A stretch of 63,531 nt of DNA, filler included, from Choristocarpus tenellus KU-1152 (Eukaryota; Protista; Phaeophyceae): assembly GCA_964200185.2 (NCBI GenBank). It is 12 parts of 12 records of this genome, joined end to end, with 100 filler letters (N's around TTAATTAATTAA, not from the genome) between each part and the next. Parts side by side here need not be neighbours in the genome. Positions count along the whole stretch, not along the records: positions 1 to 4,059 come from CAXNAD020016430.1; positions 4,160 to 7,175 come from CAXNAD020022913.1; positions 7,276 to 10,422 come from CAXNAD020021982.1; positions 10,523 to 14,505 come from CAXNAD020016807.1; 8 more parts are not named here. One strand, given 5' to 3'. The notes under the pieces were generated by a model. The model searched no databases. It saw only the letters and a list, made by a program, of their open reading frames with translations, and was not told where the DNA came from. Position numbers and translations under genes: made by a program. Within the stretch, counting starts at the first letter, position 1, and each line of letters begins with the position of its first letter. Positions 1 to 13,882 of the stretch are shown in pieces.

Positions 1-1442
1 ATACCGTGTACGGCTTATCGTCAAGACCACATTGTTCCACGGGCCGTGTACAAAACCCTAACCCATGTGCCTGTAAAAAAAAAAACTGGACTCAACAAAG
101 TTGACAATCAGTTCATTTACGATCAACCGCCATTTTCCATGGGTGTGTTGAACAGAGCAGGTCCCATTTTTAAAAAAGTAACGACAAAAAAGGGACTTGA
201 GAGATCTACTGCTTCGTTGTACCCTCCTCTGCCACGACATTTTTCTTTGAGCTTGAAAAGCTTCAAGCCTTGGTAGATACATTGACATCATGGCAAGTAC
301 TCTGCAGGAGGAATCTAGTGCGGATTTACATATGTTGAGCTCTTACTACATTCGCAGCACAAGGTCAAACAACGACATAGCCGAAAACTAACTGGGTCTC
401 ACAAAGATATGGGATAATGTTATCTTTGATTTATGATCGAAATGTTTCACCTGGCTGTTCATTTCTCACCTGCTAAGTTCAACGCAGAACAAATAGAACC
501 GCGTGAGTAGTAAGTATTGTGGGGGATTGAACCTTAGATTCGTGCCTTGATTGAACATTCAAGCAGGTTGCCTACAACTAGATATATTTGCTGCAGTTCA
601 AAAGTTGACAAAGAATCTTCATATCCCTATAAACCTCAAGAGCAAAGTTGTCAACAGATCCTTCTGGTTGGGCCACAAGCTTCATCAGAGTCTTCAAAAC
701 AGGTACCACTCTTGGACATATTGTACGCACATCAAACTTCTGGAGTTCATCCCGGACAAATGTAGGTTACACTGCTTGATGCACACAGTTCGAAAATGAA
801 CCAGAGAATGTCCAAGTCCATCAATGACCAAGAGTTCACACCTTGGTACATTTTGCTGAACTTATCCCACTAATGCCGAGTAGCTTATAAACAATTTCCA
901 CGCTGGTGCGGTATATCACACCTTACACTCAAACTGTTGGAAAATCAAAACATGGGTACTAAGCCTCAACAAGAAACAGACCTTAACAAAAATAAGATAG
1001 GCCTACCATAGAGAGTCAAGTGCATGAATACTATCACGACAGATTAACACCATGGCAGCTCACTAAACATTGAATAATAACAGCTAATTCCCGCCCACTT
1101 AAAAAAGAAAATGCAGCACCGAAAACACAAGTTGCATGTGTAGCTGTGTAATGTGTAGCTAATCTTTTCTTCTCACAGAAAAAGAGGGACTCATCTCTGT
1201 TTGCACATCTATATACTGTCCTGTCCTCCAAAATAATGTCTCTGAAAAAAGAGAAGTTTCAGGCTTCAGACAAAGACAAAGGACAATACCTCCCATGATT
1301 TCTAGGTGTAACCTCCATGCTTACCTCCTCGGCCAAGCAGAAGGATAACATCAACATACAAGATCACTTGGCTGACACTCATGAAAGAGAGTTCGACCCA
1401 CACCATCCAAAACTTCGACTGTCTTAAGCAGGGGGCTCTCAC

Positions 1443-1976
1443 CCTGCGATAGACCTGGTCCTGGTGGTTCAGGATCTGGATTTTCACTCCCTCTCGCTGC
1501 CGGAAACCGAGCTTCTCATAGTAGGAAATCAGTCGATTAAATCGGGAGTAGTCCTCCTCCGCCTCTAACCTTATCTCTGGAACAGAGAGACTGCCTAGAG
1601 TTGCAAACACCTTCAGTGGTTGCAACATGTTCACGCGTTGACGGAAAGGTGCAACAGTGGAGGGTGAGACATAAGCACTTTGGTTTCTCCCAGAAAGACG
1701 AGATACACGTTACACGATCAAAAAGTGAGTTCATAAAACCAGAACTACAAATCAAGGGCGATTCTCGAGATGGGGGACATTCAGGTAGAGGGTGGAAAAC
1801 ACACTGTAGAACACACAACAACATGCACCCTGATAAACTGGCACCTCCTTGAAAAGCAGGGGGCCGAGTCCGGTGTTCCTGAAGTTCTCGTCAACTTCGA
1901 CAGCCTTGATGTGAGCAAAGCTTCGTCGGTCCTCGAGGGTGAAAATGATCTTCGCCACGGGTGCGCGGCGATCACT
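1443..1976 (-). CDS. GNAT-family N-acetyltransferase, two internal exons (1976-1845, 1610-1443); partial
   Basis: Spliced peptide AHIKAVEVDENFRNTGLGPLLFKE|VFATLGSLSVPEIRLEAEED...LISYYEKLGF contains the GNAT acetyl-CoA motif (V...FRxxGLG) and YEKLGF; GT-AG phase-0 intron 1844-1611. Confidence 0.8.
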
Positions 1977-4059
1977 CTGAGAAATCAGCACCCTAGTCAT
2001 TACACAACAGGGAAGGGACGAGGTAGACACCAGGGTGGTGACTGGTAAACGGCGCACAGTACCGTCGCACTATCTGTGAGTCTGTTGTGGACTTGAAGGT
2101 AGGACCGCAGCAATTAACCCGAATCATGATGCATGCTTAGCTATCGTTGGTGATGATGGGGTACCACTCGGCAACCTCGAAGGGTGGAACACTATGATGC
2201 AGTGAAGCGCTGGCATTGTATGTAGTAAGTTGCCAATTGCCAAGAGTATCTAGGGGTGAACGGAAAGGGGTACGGGGATAAGTACCCCTGAGAGCGAAGG
2301 CATCTATTGGGGTCGAGGTGTCAGGACATGTGATGTTGACGAGATATCGTAGACGAACAAAGAAGAGGAGAGAAATGGATTAATCGCAGAGTTTGCTTGA
2401 AGACTTCTGAAACTACTCAACCCGATGACAGATATCTATCCAACGATCCTTCTCAAGTCCCTTTAGCTCACATCATGTCCCCTGTAGTTCTGTTTCGATC
2501 TTCCTGTACAGAGAGCGACGGCTTATGTAGAAAGGACGTTTCCCGTTGCGAAGGGGCACAAAAAGGGGTGCACACACACTTCCAAGAACAAGCATTTATG
2601 TAGCAGAACGCCCTTGTTCCCTTCTTCAACTGAGATCTCTTTGAAAGGGTATGTCTTTGGCCTGCCAAAATCCTTTCTCCCATCACCCTATCCATGCTTG
2701 TCGGCGGCAGCTGAAGCACCGCCTGTCACAAGCCCTATTGCCCCGAGTGAGGTCATTGCTTTGATCTGGGGGGGTGTTCCACAGCACAAAGAGAGCTGGT
2801 CTACTGTTGTTCATTGCAAAAACAACACTATTGTGGTTTGAAGTTGTAAAAGTACAACTTAAGGGTAAGGATCGTATTTTGATTCCGTTACACTTGGTGA
2901 TGTGATGGATCATTATTACGTCAGGAGTAGAAAGTACTCACGCATTTTTTAGACTATCTCATCTTGCACATGAAAGTGCATCATCTCAAAAAAAATATTT
3001 CAATAAAAAAAGGAATATACTACAACTTCTTCTATCAACCCCTAAGAACTATACCCCCTTTTCTTCTTTAGAGATCTATACTGCCCTTGTTCCCTCTAAA
3101 CTTTGTTGACTGGTCGTAGTGTGGGTTATTTTGTATACAAGAGTGAGTGTGAAAATTTGAAACGTGAAAATGCAAATCCATACCCCAAACCGATAATTAG
3201 CATGGCCAATCAACCAAAAGGAGGAAGTATCCACTCTAGATCTCCAACTACGTTCTACATTCACTTTACTAAACATATATATATTATATGATATTCTACA
3301 AGGAGGAACTTTACAAACCACTTACGTACTACAATGGTGAAGTACAACGAACAATCAATTTGCACAACTAACTGTATAGTTCCAACATAATCTAGTTTGT
3401 ATATTCATTTTATACAGTGTCATTAATAATCTTACGACACTACTACCAAAAGACAGAATCGTATCTAATATACCATCGCAAAATCGCTTGACTTCCATAA
3501 CATTAACCTACTGTAAAAATTATTATTATTTGGGTACTCTTAGTGTGGAACTTCTACACATCCTTCACCAATAGGTGTACACTACATTATTTCTTCTACA
3601 CCACAATTAATCTGTCACACTTCAACAATTCTGGCATACCCTCATTTTTCTCCTACTATGCTGGACTAACCACTTCCACCTCCTCTATCGAATCTGAAGA
3701 CCAATGAATCTTCGTCTCCACAACCCAAATCTTTTACCCTGTTGTGTACCTTATTGTGGTTTAGGAAAAGATTACTTAGTACAGCTGTGCGTTTCCAACA
3801 AACGTGTTGTACATACTCCATCAGTGTCAAGCTTCCTTTCAAGGAAATCTGGTCGATGCAACGGTAGTATTCAAATCTAGACACTCCCATCAAACATAGT
3901 CCAGCCGACAACCGTATAGCACCCTCCGCATTGAGATTCTTGAGAACTGGGTGGGCACGTGTTCTTAACGTGTGTCAATGTTAATCTGGAGGTTCATTTC
4001 ATGAAAATCTTATTTCGATTTTCCAATTCTACAAACACAACAAATTTAAGAAAGATATG

Positions 4060-4159
4060 NNNNNNNNNNNNNNNNNNNNNNNNNNNNNNNNNNNNNNNNN
4101 NNNTTAATTAATTAANNNNNNNNNNNNNNNNNNNNNNNNNNNNNNNNNNNNNNNNNNNN
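4060..4159. other. Artificial contig linker N44-TTAATTAATTAA-N44; also at 7176, 10423, 14506, 22513, 25444, 36851, 40753, 44504, 57581, 60409
   Basis: Identical 100-bp spacer with stops in all six frames, present 11 times. Confidence 0.97.
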
Positions 4160-4585
4160 AAATCTGTAGTTTCTGGCTTTTTGCCAATTCTCTCCGTTAA
4201 GCCCCCCCCCCCCCCCCCCCATTCATCGCATCCTTTTGTTCTTCCTGTTACGTTCCCTTTCATCATACTGTATGTATTGCTTGTGGTTATCTAAAGTTCT
4301 TGAATCTATGGGGCAAGCATATGCTTTTGATTGAACGGTCCTACTTTTCCCTGCACTATATCTGAACCCTAACCCAAACAAAACAAGACACTTTCGAACA
4401 ATGCAGGAAGAGTGATCTAATCGAATTGCAAAAATGTCTAGACATTTCTTAACAGCAAGCTCTAACCTGAACTTATTGACCTTACTTTCAGTCCATTCCT
4501 GTACGCAGGTGTATCATGCGTTCACATTGTGATAGTGCTTCTTTTGTACGATGTTCAGACTCCCCACAATTGCACCCTTTATTGC

Positions 4586-6710
4586 TTACACTTCAGGAAT
4601 GCAGATCTGGGTGATGGTCATATCTGGGCAATTCCAGTTTGCAACTTCTACACCAAAAAGAAGAGTCGCCAGTTGACTCAGGCCAAATCCGTCCCCCTTG
4701 CTGACACGTTCCCCTTCACATAACGTGGGCATTCCACTACTGTGAGTGTCATTCATACAAAGCACCACAAAACTTTCAAAAACCCCCAACTTCATAAGCA
4801 TGGATTATAAATATCGATCTTATTGGTTGGAGGTTTTACTAATTCAGCTGCTGCAGCTCAAAGTATAAACCCCATTGGTACCTCCACGTATAGGAAATGT
4901 TTCCCCCATAGCTTTATGTCCATCAAGAGCTCTAGTTAGCAGGCACAAACTCGATCGGTGTCTAAACCTACCCAAGGAGAAGCGATTCTAAGATCTTTCC
5001 TGGGATGAGAAAGGTGAGCAGAATATATGATCATGGTGCAGCAGCTCCATATCGCTTCCTAATGCACCCTGTGGATAACCATAGGGGGGTAAGGGGTTGG
5101 CTTGCAACTCATGGCTCTTGGCGTTACCTTCATAACTATTGACAACTATTGACAGGCATAACGAGGGAGGGGGAAAACAAAAGCTTCCTCCGAACTAAAC
5201 CACTCATGTTGTAGGTTTTCCCAAGAGATTGAACTATACTTCAGAATACTGTAGTGGGAGCCTGGACAGGGGTTTTCAGGCCTACTATGACCAAAAATGC
5301 ACATTGCCCTGCTGCACAACGAGATGAGGCACCACCATGACTACTTTTACGAGCATAGAGTGTGCTACATAGTGAAGGGCTGATTGTCACCACACACCCC
5401 AGTCTGCAGAAGTACGCATTAACACTTTATACAAAGGGTTGACGCTGACTTGTACATTCTACTTCCATGTGCTTTTGGGGGCACAAGGGAAGTCGTTTCG
5501 AGGGCACCATTGCCCTTGAGCTTCAATAGAGCAACGAGGAGAACAATATCCTGCTTACAAAAGTACAGGGTCGGGCTGGATTGTGTCACTTGATACTGCA
5601 CAAGTTGAGTTATTCCGAACTCTAAACCGTTCACACAATTTAGACGAGTGTTTCTGAGTGCTCAGAGAGTACTATCTTTCAAACTATGTTCATTTGTTTG
5701 GTAATCTGCACGATGAGATATGGATACCAACCCAAAATATGGATGGGCTCGTAGCAATCAAATCACTAGCCTTAGTGTGCACTATTATAACGAAAAACAC
5801 TGAGTCAGAATCTAGTTGTCACCCTTCATGCATTTGTCCCCCACCCCTGTGCCTGATGCCTGTCAGTTTTTTTTCAAGGAGTCAGCGGGTGCTTTGTGGC
5901 CTTGTTGATTGGTCGTTATTGTTCCATTGAAGCGAGTGAAGGGTAGCCCTAACCCTCCGTGTCACATGATTAATCCGAGATAGCAACCCTTGTGTACCGA
6001 CACTTCCTTGTTGGTCCATTTCTCTTTCCATTTTTTCAGAGGATGGCACCTCTGATTTAGTAGCTTGCAGATGCTGTCTTGCTTTCACAGCTTCATTGTG
6101 GGCTACTAAGGCAGAATTCCTGGCCGTGAGTTTTTCCTTGATCCTTTCGTGGTGAATTGCTCGACTCTGGATCCTTTTGTGCCTTTGATTAGCTCTCAAT
6201 AGTTTTGTCCTGTTCTTCTCACATTCTAGGTCCACGAACCCTACAGGGGTACATTGAAAGGCAAGAGATGGTTTATAAGTGAAAGTATCTTAGAGGGTAC
6301 GAGTTTTGCCCTGTTTATCCGTTTGGGGCTTGGCTTTCCACTGTTTTTTGTGACATTTTCCCACTCAGAAATGTATCAAAAACAAGGATATTGACACTTC
6401 CTAGCAAACACAATAGCCAAAATTGCATCAAAATCTCAACATTGGATTTTGGCCCCCAACTGGACGCGGCTCTATCCTCTAAGACACTTTGAATATAGTA
6501 CTGAAGGCAGGATTTGATTGGAAGCCGGTTGTGCTACCTATGTAGTAGTTGCACTCACTTTTGACGTGAAAGATCTTTTCGGTCCCCTCGGTCTTGTCCG
6601 GAATGGTACTCTGGAGGAAATTACTCCGATTGTAGTAGCCAATGAGGACATTGCTCATCAGGTGCTTGCCATCTGTGCCTTCACTGACTCGAAGATTCCC
6701 GTTCAGACCT
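4586..6710 (-). pseudogene. Degenerate spliced gene of unknown function, possibly a DNA-transposase relic
   Basis: An exon ending ...TEKIFHVK a|gtgagt (~6558) joins in phase to ctgtag|gg ttc gtg gac (~6241) and a coiled-coil ORF (5882-6235); further fragments DIVLLVALLKLKGNGALET and FVVLCMND are interrupted by stops. Confidence 0.3.
6277..6495. mobile_element. MITE family A copy, internally deleted, intronic
   Basis: TIRs AAGTGAAAGTATCTTAGAGGGTA ... TATCCTCTAAGACACTTTGAAT; internal sequence matches the other family A copies. Confidence 0.85.
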
Positions 6711-6947
6711 CTGCATTGGGATGTTGATAGTGGGGATGTGTGACCTAGAGCTTATTGGTTGGAAAGGTGAGGAGTTGTGGCATGATTGCTGAGGCATTCT
6801 CGAGGACTGCAGTAGATAGGCGATTACTTTAGGACAACCCTTAGTCCCAATTGTACATGTTGTCACGAAATAAGGTAGGAGTAGGTTGATGAGGATCACT
6901 CCAAGCAGTACCCTGTAATGGAGCGTCTATGGTACGGTTGACTTTTA

Positions 6948-7122
6948 GCTTCAAGGATCTGGGGGGGGGGGGGGGGGGGGGTCTACACCGGAGTGTCCAT
7001 TCAGGCCCTGACCAGGAGAAGTGCAGATACATGATCCATCCGATGCATGCAACCAAATCACCCAAAAAATCGCAACATGGAAAAATGGGCCCTGAACGGA
7101 CAGCCGCCACCCCCCCCCCCCT
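6948..7122. mobile_element. MITE family B copy (poly-G TIR type), right end degenerate
   Basis: TCAAGGATCT-polyG-GTCTACACC...GGACAGCCGCCACC-polyC; colinear with 32804-32980. Confidence 0.8.
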
Positions 7123-9397
7123 CGTCCCCATTCCAAGTAATCCTTCCGAATATCGATTGTTGCACGTTTAGCAACNNNNNNNNNNNNNNNNNNNNNNNNN
7201 NNNNNNNNNNNNNNNNNNNTTAATTAATTAANNNNNNNNNNNNNNNNNNNNNNNNNNNNNNNNNNNNNNNNNNNNGTGTTTTTGGGGGGGGGGGGGGGGG
7301 GGAGGGGGGGGGGGGGGGGGGGGGGGGTGAGTCAGCCGACTGTCCATATTATATACAGTAGTAGAGCTCCTGCAGCAGAAAGGTTACATTTCTATTCCTC
7401 ACACTGCTAATACTAGTATTGTCTTGGGGGGGAGGGGGGGGGTAACCTCTGTTGCTGCGAGGGTGTGTCTTGGCATGCCTGCAGGTCTGATTTGGTGTGG
7501 ATGTTTGATGTGTGCATGTTTTGCTCGAACAGTTTTTTTTTTAACTCTTTTGAGTAAAACATTTGAAAGAGGTAGAGAGTTACTTTTGTCAGACTCGCCT
7601 TCCCATCCCTGGTACTCCATGCTGCCCACACAAGCCCCTTCTTTTAACTTTGAGAGTTGGCCTAACGATACTATTATTATTATTAATACTTCGATGAAAC
7701 AAAGAAATAGTTAAATGGTGGAGAGGGGTGGGGCAGCAGTGGAAAGGCCGTCAGTTACACTCATTTTTAGTCTATATAACCCTGACCCTAAACAGAGTTT
7801 GCATGGAGTGTGAGACCATCCAAGACCTATACAGACCATAATCGGCAATTTTATTTTTTTGTGTTTTTAAGGCGAGGGTGGTGCTGGACAATCAAAACAA
7901 GCCAAATACAGACAAACCCTAACCCCAAACCAACCAGTAGAAACAACCGTTTGTCTCTAACACGCACACATCCATTTCAATGCACAACAACAAATAAACC
8001 AAAGGCAATTCATTGCCTTGGTGAGAAAAAGAACCAATACTATACCCCCCACCCCCACCCCCGGGCCCTTCCCCCCTCCCCCAGCCAACTCACCACCTGT
8101 TTCTTTTCCTTCAGTAGGTGCACTCCATACGGATTTTCAGAAAGATTTTTATGTTCTGTGTGCGTGTGTTTTTTATTTTTTTATGTTCTGATGGTGATTC
8201 ATCAGGGGGTTATCAACCCCGCTGAAATTGATCGGTGTTTGATTTTGAGAACAGAACAAGTTGTTAGTTTAGTTACTAATTATTTATTATTATTATTATT
8301 TTACAGTGTTGATTCTTTTATTTATTTTTTACTGATCTACTTATTTATTATTCTCACAAAATATATTCCTCAAAACCCCCACGGCCCTGGCGATGATGTC
8401 ATTTCTGTTTATAGCGGTGTGCCTTGGTTTTCTGTTCTTTTATCGAATTAGAACATAAAATAAAAATAATAGATATGGTTGCCCACATGCAAGTGGGTTA
8501 TTTGTCTTCAAGGGGCCACGGAGTGATGCACTCTATTTAACTATTTATCATACACAAGTTCAGACACAATTTAGGGACGAGTGTGTGTACAGGGTAAGGG
8601 TTAGGGGGTTAGGGTGAGGAGGTGAAAAAAAAAATGGAGTTGAAGACAGGTGATTTTAAATGCGTGGTGGTGCTAGTGGGTTGTAAATAATAACAATAAT
8701 AATAGAAATATGTTTGGATGGGGTGATGAGAGATTCACAGTTGCAAATATTATTATTATTAATGTTTTTATTGTTGTAGACAGGTACAGATTGTGTGTGT
8801 GCTTTTTTTAGGTGCTTCTAAGGGTATTGTTTACAAATTATTTTTGTTTATTGGCTCCAGAGCTTTCATGTGTAGCTACGGGAGAGGTACAATACTATCA
8901 ATACTAAAAAAACACTGTTAGAAGAATACACCTTCAAATCAGGGGGGCAGGTATAAAATAAAATAAAAAACGTATCTTCCCTTAAGGTGGAGATGACAGT
9001 TACTTTTTAAAATCAGTGTTATCACTTGTAGTACTGAATAAAAACTAAAAACTGATTCAGATCGAAATTTCCTTCTAAAAAAAAAAAAGACTGTAGTGGG
9101 GTGATTGCATAAACCATTATTTAAAATTATTTTCACCTGGGAGGTACGAACTGTACCAACAGATTGTGGCGTGTGGTGTGATGGAGTATTGATAGTAGTA
9201 ACAGCAAACCTTTTCCGGATCATCTCCCACCCTAACCCTTCTCAAAGGGATCGTTCCTCCCCAGCCCAGCTCATGAACAATCTGTAACTGTAGTGTAACC
9301 GTTTACTTTTTCCTTCGCTAAGACCAAAAAACATTAATCTGCTCCTCTTGCAACAATCCTGTCTTTTTTTTCCGATATCGAACATGATTCCTTTCAG

Positions 9398-9937
9398 TGG
9401 GTGACGGTTGTTAACGCCTGCTACCAGTACTACAAAACCCTGCCAGCTGCAGGCCTAGTTCTGCTGCCCAGTGCGATGTGGATAACTGTGGGTAAGTTTG
9501 AGGTGTATAAAAAATTGAAATACATAATACACACACACCTAGTATGGTGTACAAGTTGAGTTGAAGAAACATATTTTATCATTTGAATTCTCTTTGTATC
9601 ATTATTATTATTATATACTGTGGTTCTTTTTCTGTTTACAAGCCTGCCTGCATATGCACAGTTTTTGTAAAGATCACTGACATTCTTGCAATGCACACAT
9701 TTAAAATCAACCTTTTTTTTTTTTGGAAGAAAACTGCTCTCCGTCCCCTTCTTCACTTCTCCCATTCAAGCATCTCAATCCTATACATCTTCTTGCCTTG
9801 CCTTTCCCCCCTCCCGCACTCCACCTGCCTCCCCCTGCCTCCCCCTGCTGCCTTGCCCCCAAGCCAACTTCCTTGTCCAGGCAATTTGGCGCCTCAATGG
9901 GAAGGAGCCCCTGTACCCCTATGTACAGACTCCATAG
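9398..9937 (+). CDS. TspO/MBR (translocator protein) family, last two exons (9398-9491, 9864-9937)
   Basis: Spliced WVTVVNACYQYYKTLPAAGLVLLPSAMWITV|ANFLVQAIWRLNGKEPLYPYVQTP* matches the TspO C-terminal pattern AGLLLxP..W...A......IWRLN; phase-1 GT-AG intron. Confidence 0.75.
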
Positions 9938-11868
9938 CATACCCACTACATCAGTACTAGTAGTGATTTTTTTTAAGAAGGGATCAAAGTTAGACTATTA
10001 ATCCTCATTCGAGAAAATTATAGTCCCCTTCATAATCCTCATTACCAAATATACATTGATAGCAGTCCTCCCAACTTGCGTGGAGTACTAGAGTAGGCTC
10101 TGGATGCCCTGGAGTGGCTCAGGGCACAGGCAATAGTACAAAGACCCCGGAGTGAATTTTCTCTTGAGTCAACTCTTGCTCGCTCTCTCCCAAGGTCTTC
10201 CGACAATGAAGAGAGGTGTTGTACAGAGGAGGAAGGCATCCCAGTGGTATTTATAGTGAGTACAGACTTCAAGGTGTCTTAATGGCACTCGCTATGAATA
10301 CCTACCATACCTACCTTTTGGGGGGGAATAGTGGCTGGCATAGAGGAAAGGAGACACACCGCCGGTCTTCTTCTGGGACAAAAAAACACGGGCAGATGAA
10401 TCGAGGGGGGGGGGGGGGGGGTNNNNNNNNNNNNNNNNNNNNNNNNNNNNNNNNNNNNNNNNNNNNTTAATTAATTAANNNNNNNNNNNNNNNNNNNNNN
10501 NNNNNNNNNNNNNNNNNNNNNNCCCCCCCCTCCCAGATACTTTGGGTCTGTACACATATTCTGTCCAACTTGTTACTGTTTGCAACATTATTCATTTTGA
10601 CAAGTTTGTAGAGATGATGAAGTAGACATGATACCGTGGAAGGTGTCATGTGTGTGAAGGAAGTGAGATATGGTGTTTTGATGAAAGGTTGAAGTTTGCC
10701 AACCTTAGACTGAGTCATCCTGTCAAAGAAATAGACAAGTTTACCATATATTCAACATTGCCATCAAGGGTAAATGACAGTAGCTAATTAAGATATATAC
10801 ATTGAGCATTAATTATTGTCTCATTATTATTGAGCATGCAGGGCCTACAAATTAAAATCGATGTATCCTGGCTTCACAATGGTAAAAAGAACTTAGGAAA
10901 AATACGCAAATTCTCTCAGGGGTTGATCGGATCAACACACCTGTCTACACAACAACGTATTTATATGTATTTATTAAGAGTTTTCTTGGTCTCCAGTACT
11001 GCAGAGGTCTATGGGGCAACATATTTTCCCATTGAGTTCACCCTTATTATTTATATCGCATTTCTCAATGGCCAATTAGAGTTTCGCAATGAATATCCTG
11101 TTCACCTCCACCTCCAATTATACCGTTCCTCCAAGAAAGAAAAGGTAATGGGGGAGATTCGAAAACGAGTCATACCCCCGACTTGAGTCATACTTATCTT
11201 GAGCAATATTCGTTATTTCTGTGGTATGTGTAACAATCGTTTGAACATCAAGATAAAAAATATACAATGGTATACATGATAAGATATACCATTAGTACAG
11301 GGATGGATATCTTGGTGTGGGGGTGGGAAGGGGGAGAGAAAGAGGACAATGCCTGACGAAGAGAGCAATAACGTAAATATCACATATTTTTCCTTGGGAA
11401 AACACTAATAATAATATCATAGCAAGATAATATATGTGGTGTGCTCCTCAATCGATAAGTGTTGAAGGTATCACTGAAAGGGGGACGGACATGGTGATCA
11501 ACACAACTGGTGTTCCAAACCCTAGTCCTTACCCTAACCCTAACTTAGATGTGTAGGTCGTGGACAGATTCTTTTTTCGAGTTACATTTCACCATCTTCA
11601 GTCTTAGTCAAGTCCTCTACGTACCTTTTCAAATGAAAGCCTGAGAAAGTGGAACTATTATCGTCCCCTTGCTGCTACCTCGACCTCAAAGGTAGACCTA
11701 ACCCTAACCAAATTGCAACAGTGCAACTGAGTTAACAGATAACCTAGTGTATTTGATCAATTGTTTATGACAGCAGGCAGAGTCTGACTTTAGAGTGGGC
11801 AAGCTTAGATAGGAGGTGAAGAAGATCAGTATATAAAATTGTTGTGTGATGTATGATATATGAAGACA

Positions 11869-12043
11869 GGCTCAAAGTATCTTGGGGGGGGGGTGGTGGC
11901 TGTCCATTTGGGGTCAATTTTTTCATGTCGCGAGTTTGGGTGATTTGGTCGCATATGTCGGATGGATAATGTCAATGCACTTTTCTTTACTTTAATCTAA
12001 ATGGACACCCTGGTGTAGACCCCCCCACCAGATATTTTGAGGT
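11869..12043. mobile_element. MITE family B copy
   Basis: GGCTCAAAGTATCTT-polyG ... polyC-ACCAGATATTTTGAGG; reverse orientation relative to the 32804 copy. Confidence 0.85.
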
Positions 12044-12541
12044 TCAAACAAGAAAAAAAAGTCATGCACATCATCTTCGCTACACACACAAGAACGAGTT
12101 TGACATATACCAGGAGGAAAGCAAGCACTTGAGGGTGACTAAGAATGCCAGAGCTGGAGCTGTTTCATGCAAGTTTCTTTTAGAAAAAAAAAAACCGTGT
12201 TTCTTGCTTAATATTTTTTATGACTTTGAACTTCGTGAATTTCGATTTTTTTCACTATATGGTGTACTGCCTCTCAAGACGACTACGACATTTCAACTTC
12301 AAAATGTATAAAGTAGATTGAACATTTGATATGGGTCAAGTATCTGGGGGGGGGGGTTGGGGGAGGATAACAGTGGGGGAGGATAACAGTGGGGGAGACC
12401 AGAATGAATTTGAACTAGGAGTGTGTACCCTACCATGTACCCATCCAAACCAAAATTCTTAAGATATATTTGAAGCATGTTCTCATCATTCATAGGTGCA
12501 TGAACACTGCAGTGACGAAGATGAGTCTAAGTATCTATGAC

Positions 12542-12582
<41 letters not shown>

Positions 12583-12593
12583 CATTTTCTCAC

Positions 12594-13882
12594 CAGGATA
12601 TCAATCTCTCCTGAGGCTGGCCACTGCCCATAGACGTTGTTCTCAGGGAGGAGCCAAATAGCTGGCCAAAGCCTATCCGTAGTAGGTAGCAGGGGGGCCA
12701 GTTGGTTGGCATCTTTACATTCTGCTCTATAAAGCATGCAGTGGCTCTACAGTGTGCATTCCTAGTACCCAGAATTTGAGCAGTGCATTCAGGAATCCTT
12801 TCTTACACTGCTGAACTCACCTTCCCCAAGAAATTACTGAACAGCAGGTAACTGTTTGCAACAGGAAGCACATTATTTAAGAGTAGCTCTAGAAAACAGG
12901 AGAATTCTGGAAACTATTTGAGGGGGGGATGATGCAGTCAATTCCACACCGCGCTCAACATCTCTACAACCTTTTTTGACTCTTGGATGGGGCAGGGAGG
13001 AGTCACCAATTTGGGAGGACTGGGTTGAGTGTGCTCAAGAGAGAGGAGTTAACAGCACCCAACACATGCGGAAGTGACGACTTTCCTCCTCAGCAACAAT
13101 CCTCCCCACCAGCACCAGTCCCCAAGAGGACTGATTGCATTCCATTCCTTGCTCTATTTCATTTTCATAAAATGCAGTAGAATAAAAAAACGCCTTAGCA
13201 GTATCTTGGAATTGAGAACATAATAAAAATGGAACAAAAAAAATCGAAAATACAGAGCGTGCAATCTGTATGGATCCAGGTACCACACACGCAGCACTCA
13301 CCACCAGTACCAAGAAACCAGGCCGAGGAAAGAGACCTACCCGTCAAATTACCATCCCCACAGCCCTCACAAATACATATGTGTGATAAATGTGTGCTAC
13401 CCAGAAACCTAAAAGTTTGCAACCCAATACATATGCAAAAAATGCAACCCAATTCAGGACGTGTCTATTAGCATCGTTTCCCTCTTGTCACTCAACCATG
13501 CTTTTCAACCATGACTTCTATTGCAACACAGCCGGAACAAAACTCAGCTGCATACCATGGAGAACGGCGATGGAGACCACAAGGGGGGTAGGTAATGGAA
13601 CACAAGAACCCATACAAACACACACACACAAAACACACACAGAAATCAAAACATAGGCATAGGGTAAGGGTTGGGGACAAGGAAAGACACAAACACACCC
13701 ACACCATACCCACACCCACACCCATACCCACACCCACACCCACACCCATGCACACAAGCACACACCACACACACACGATCGCATATGCTAGGAGTACAGA
13801 AGGCTTACCAGTCGCCCCTGGGCATCTTGGCTTCCACTTCAACACGGCCGTACTTGAAAGAAAATGTGCCTGCTGTCCTCAC
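12594..13882 (-). CDS. Glycoside hydrolase family 16 (beta-1,3-glucanase/laminarinase-like), two exons (13882-13809, 12672-12594); partial
   Basis: Spliced VRTAGTFSFKYGRVEVEAKMPRGDW|LWPAIWLLPENNVYGQWPASGEIDIL, including the start of the catalytic GEIDIxE motif; phase-2 GT-AG intron. Confidence 0.92.

Noticed and set aside
1-3960. Coding-like decayed stretches (1-900, 2470-2800, 3666-3960), also 31900-32780, 34450-35700 and 40013-40560
   Set aside because: Probably TE relics, but no recognisable motif allows a supported call
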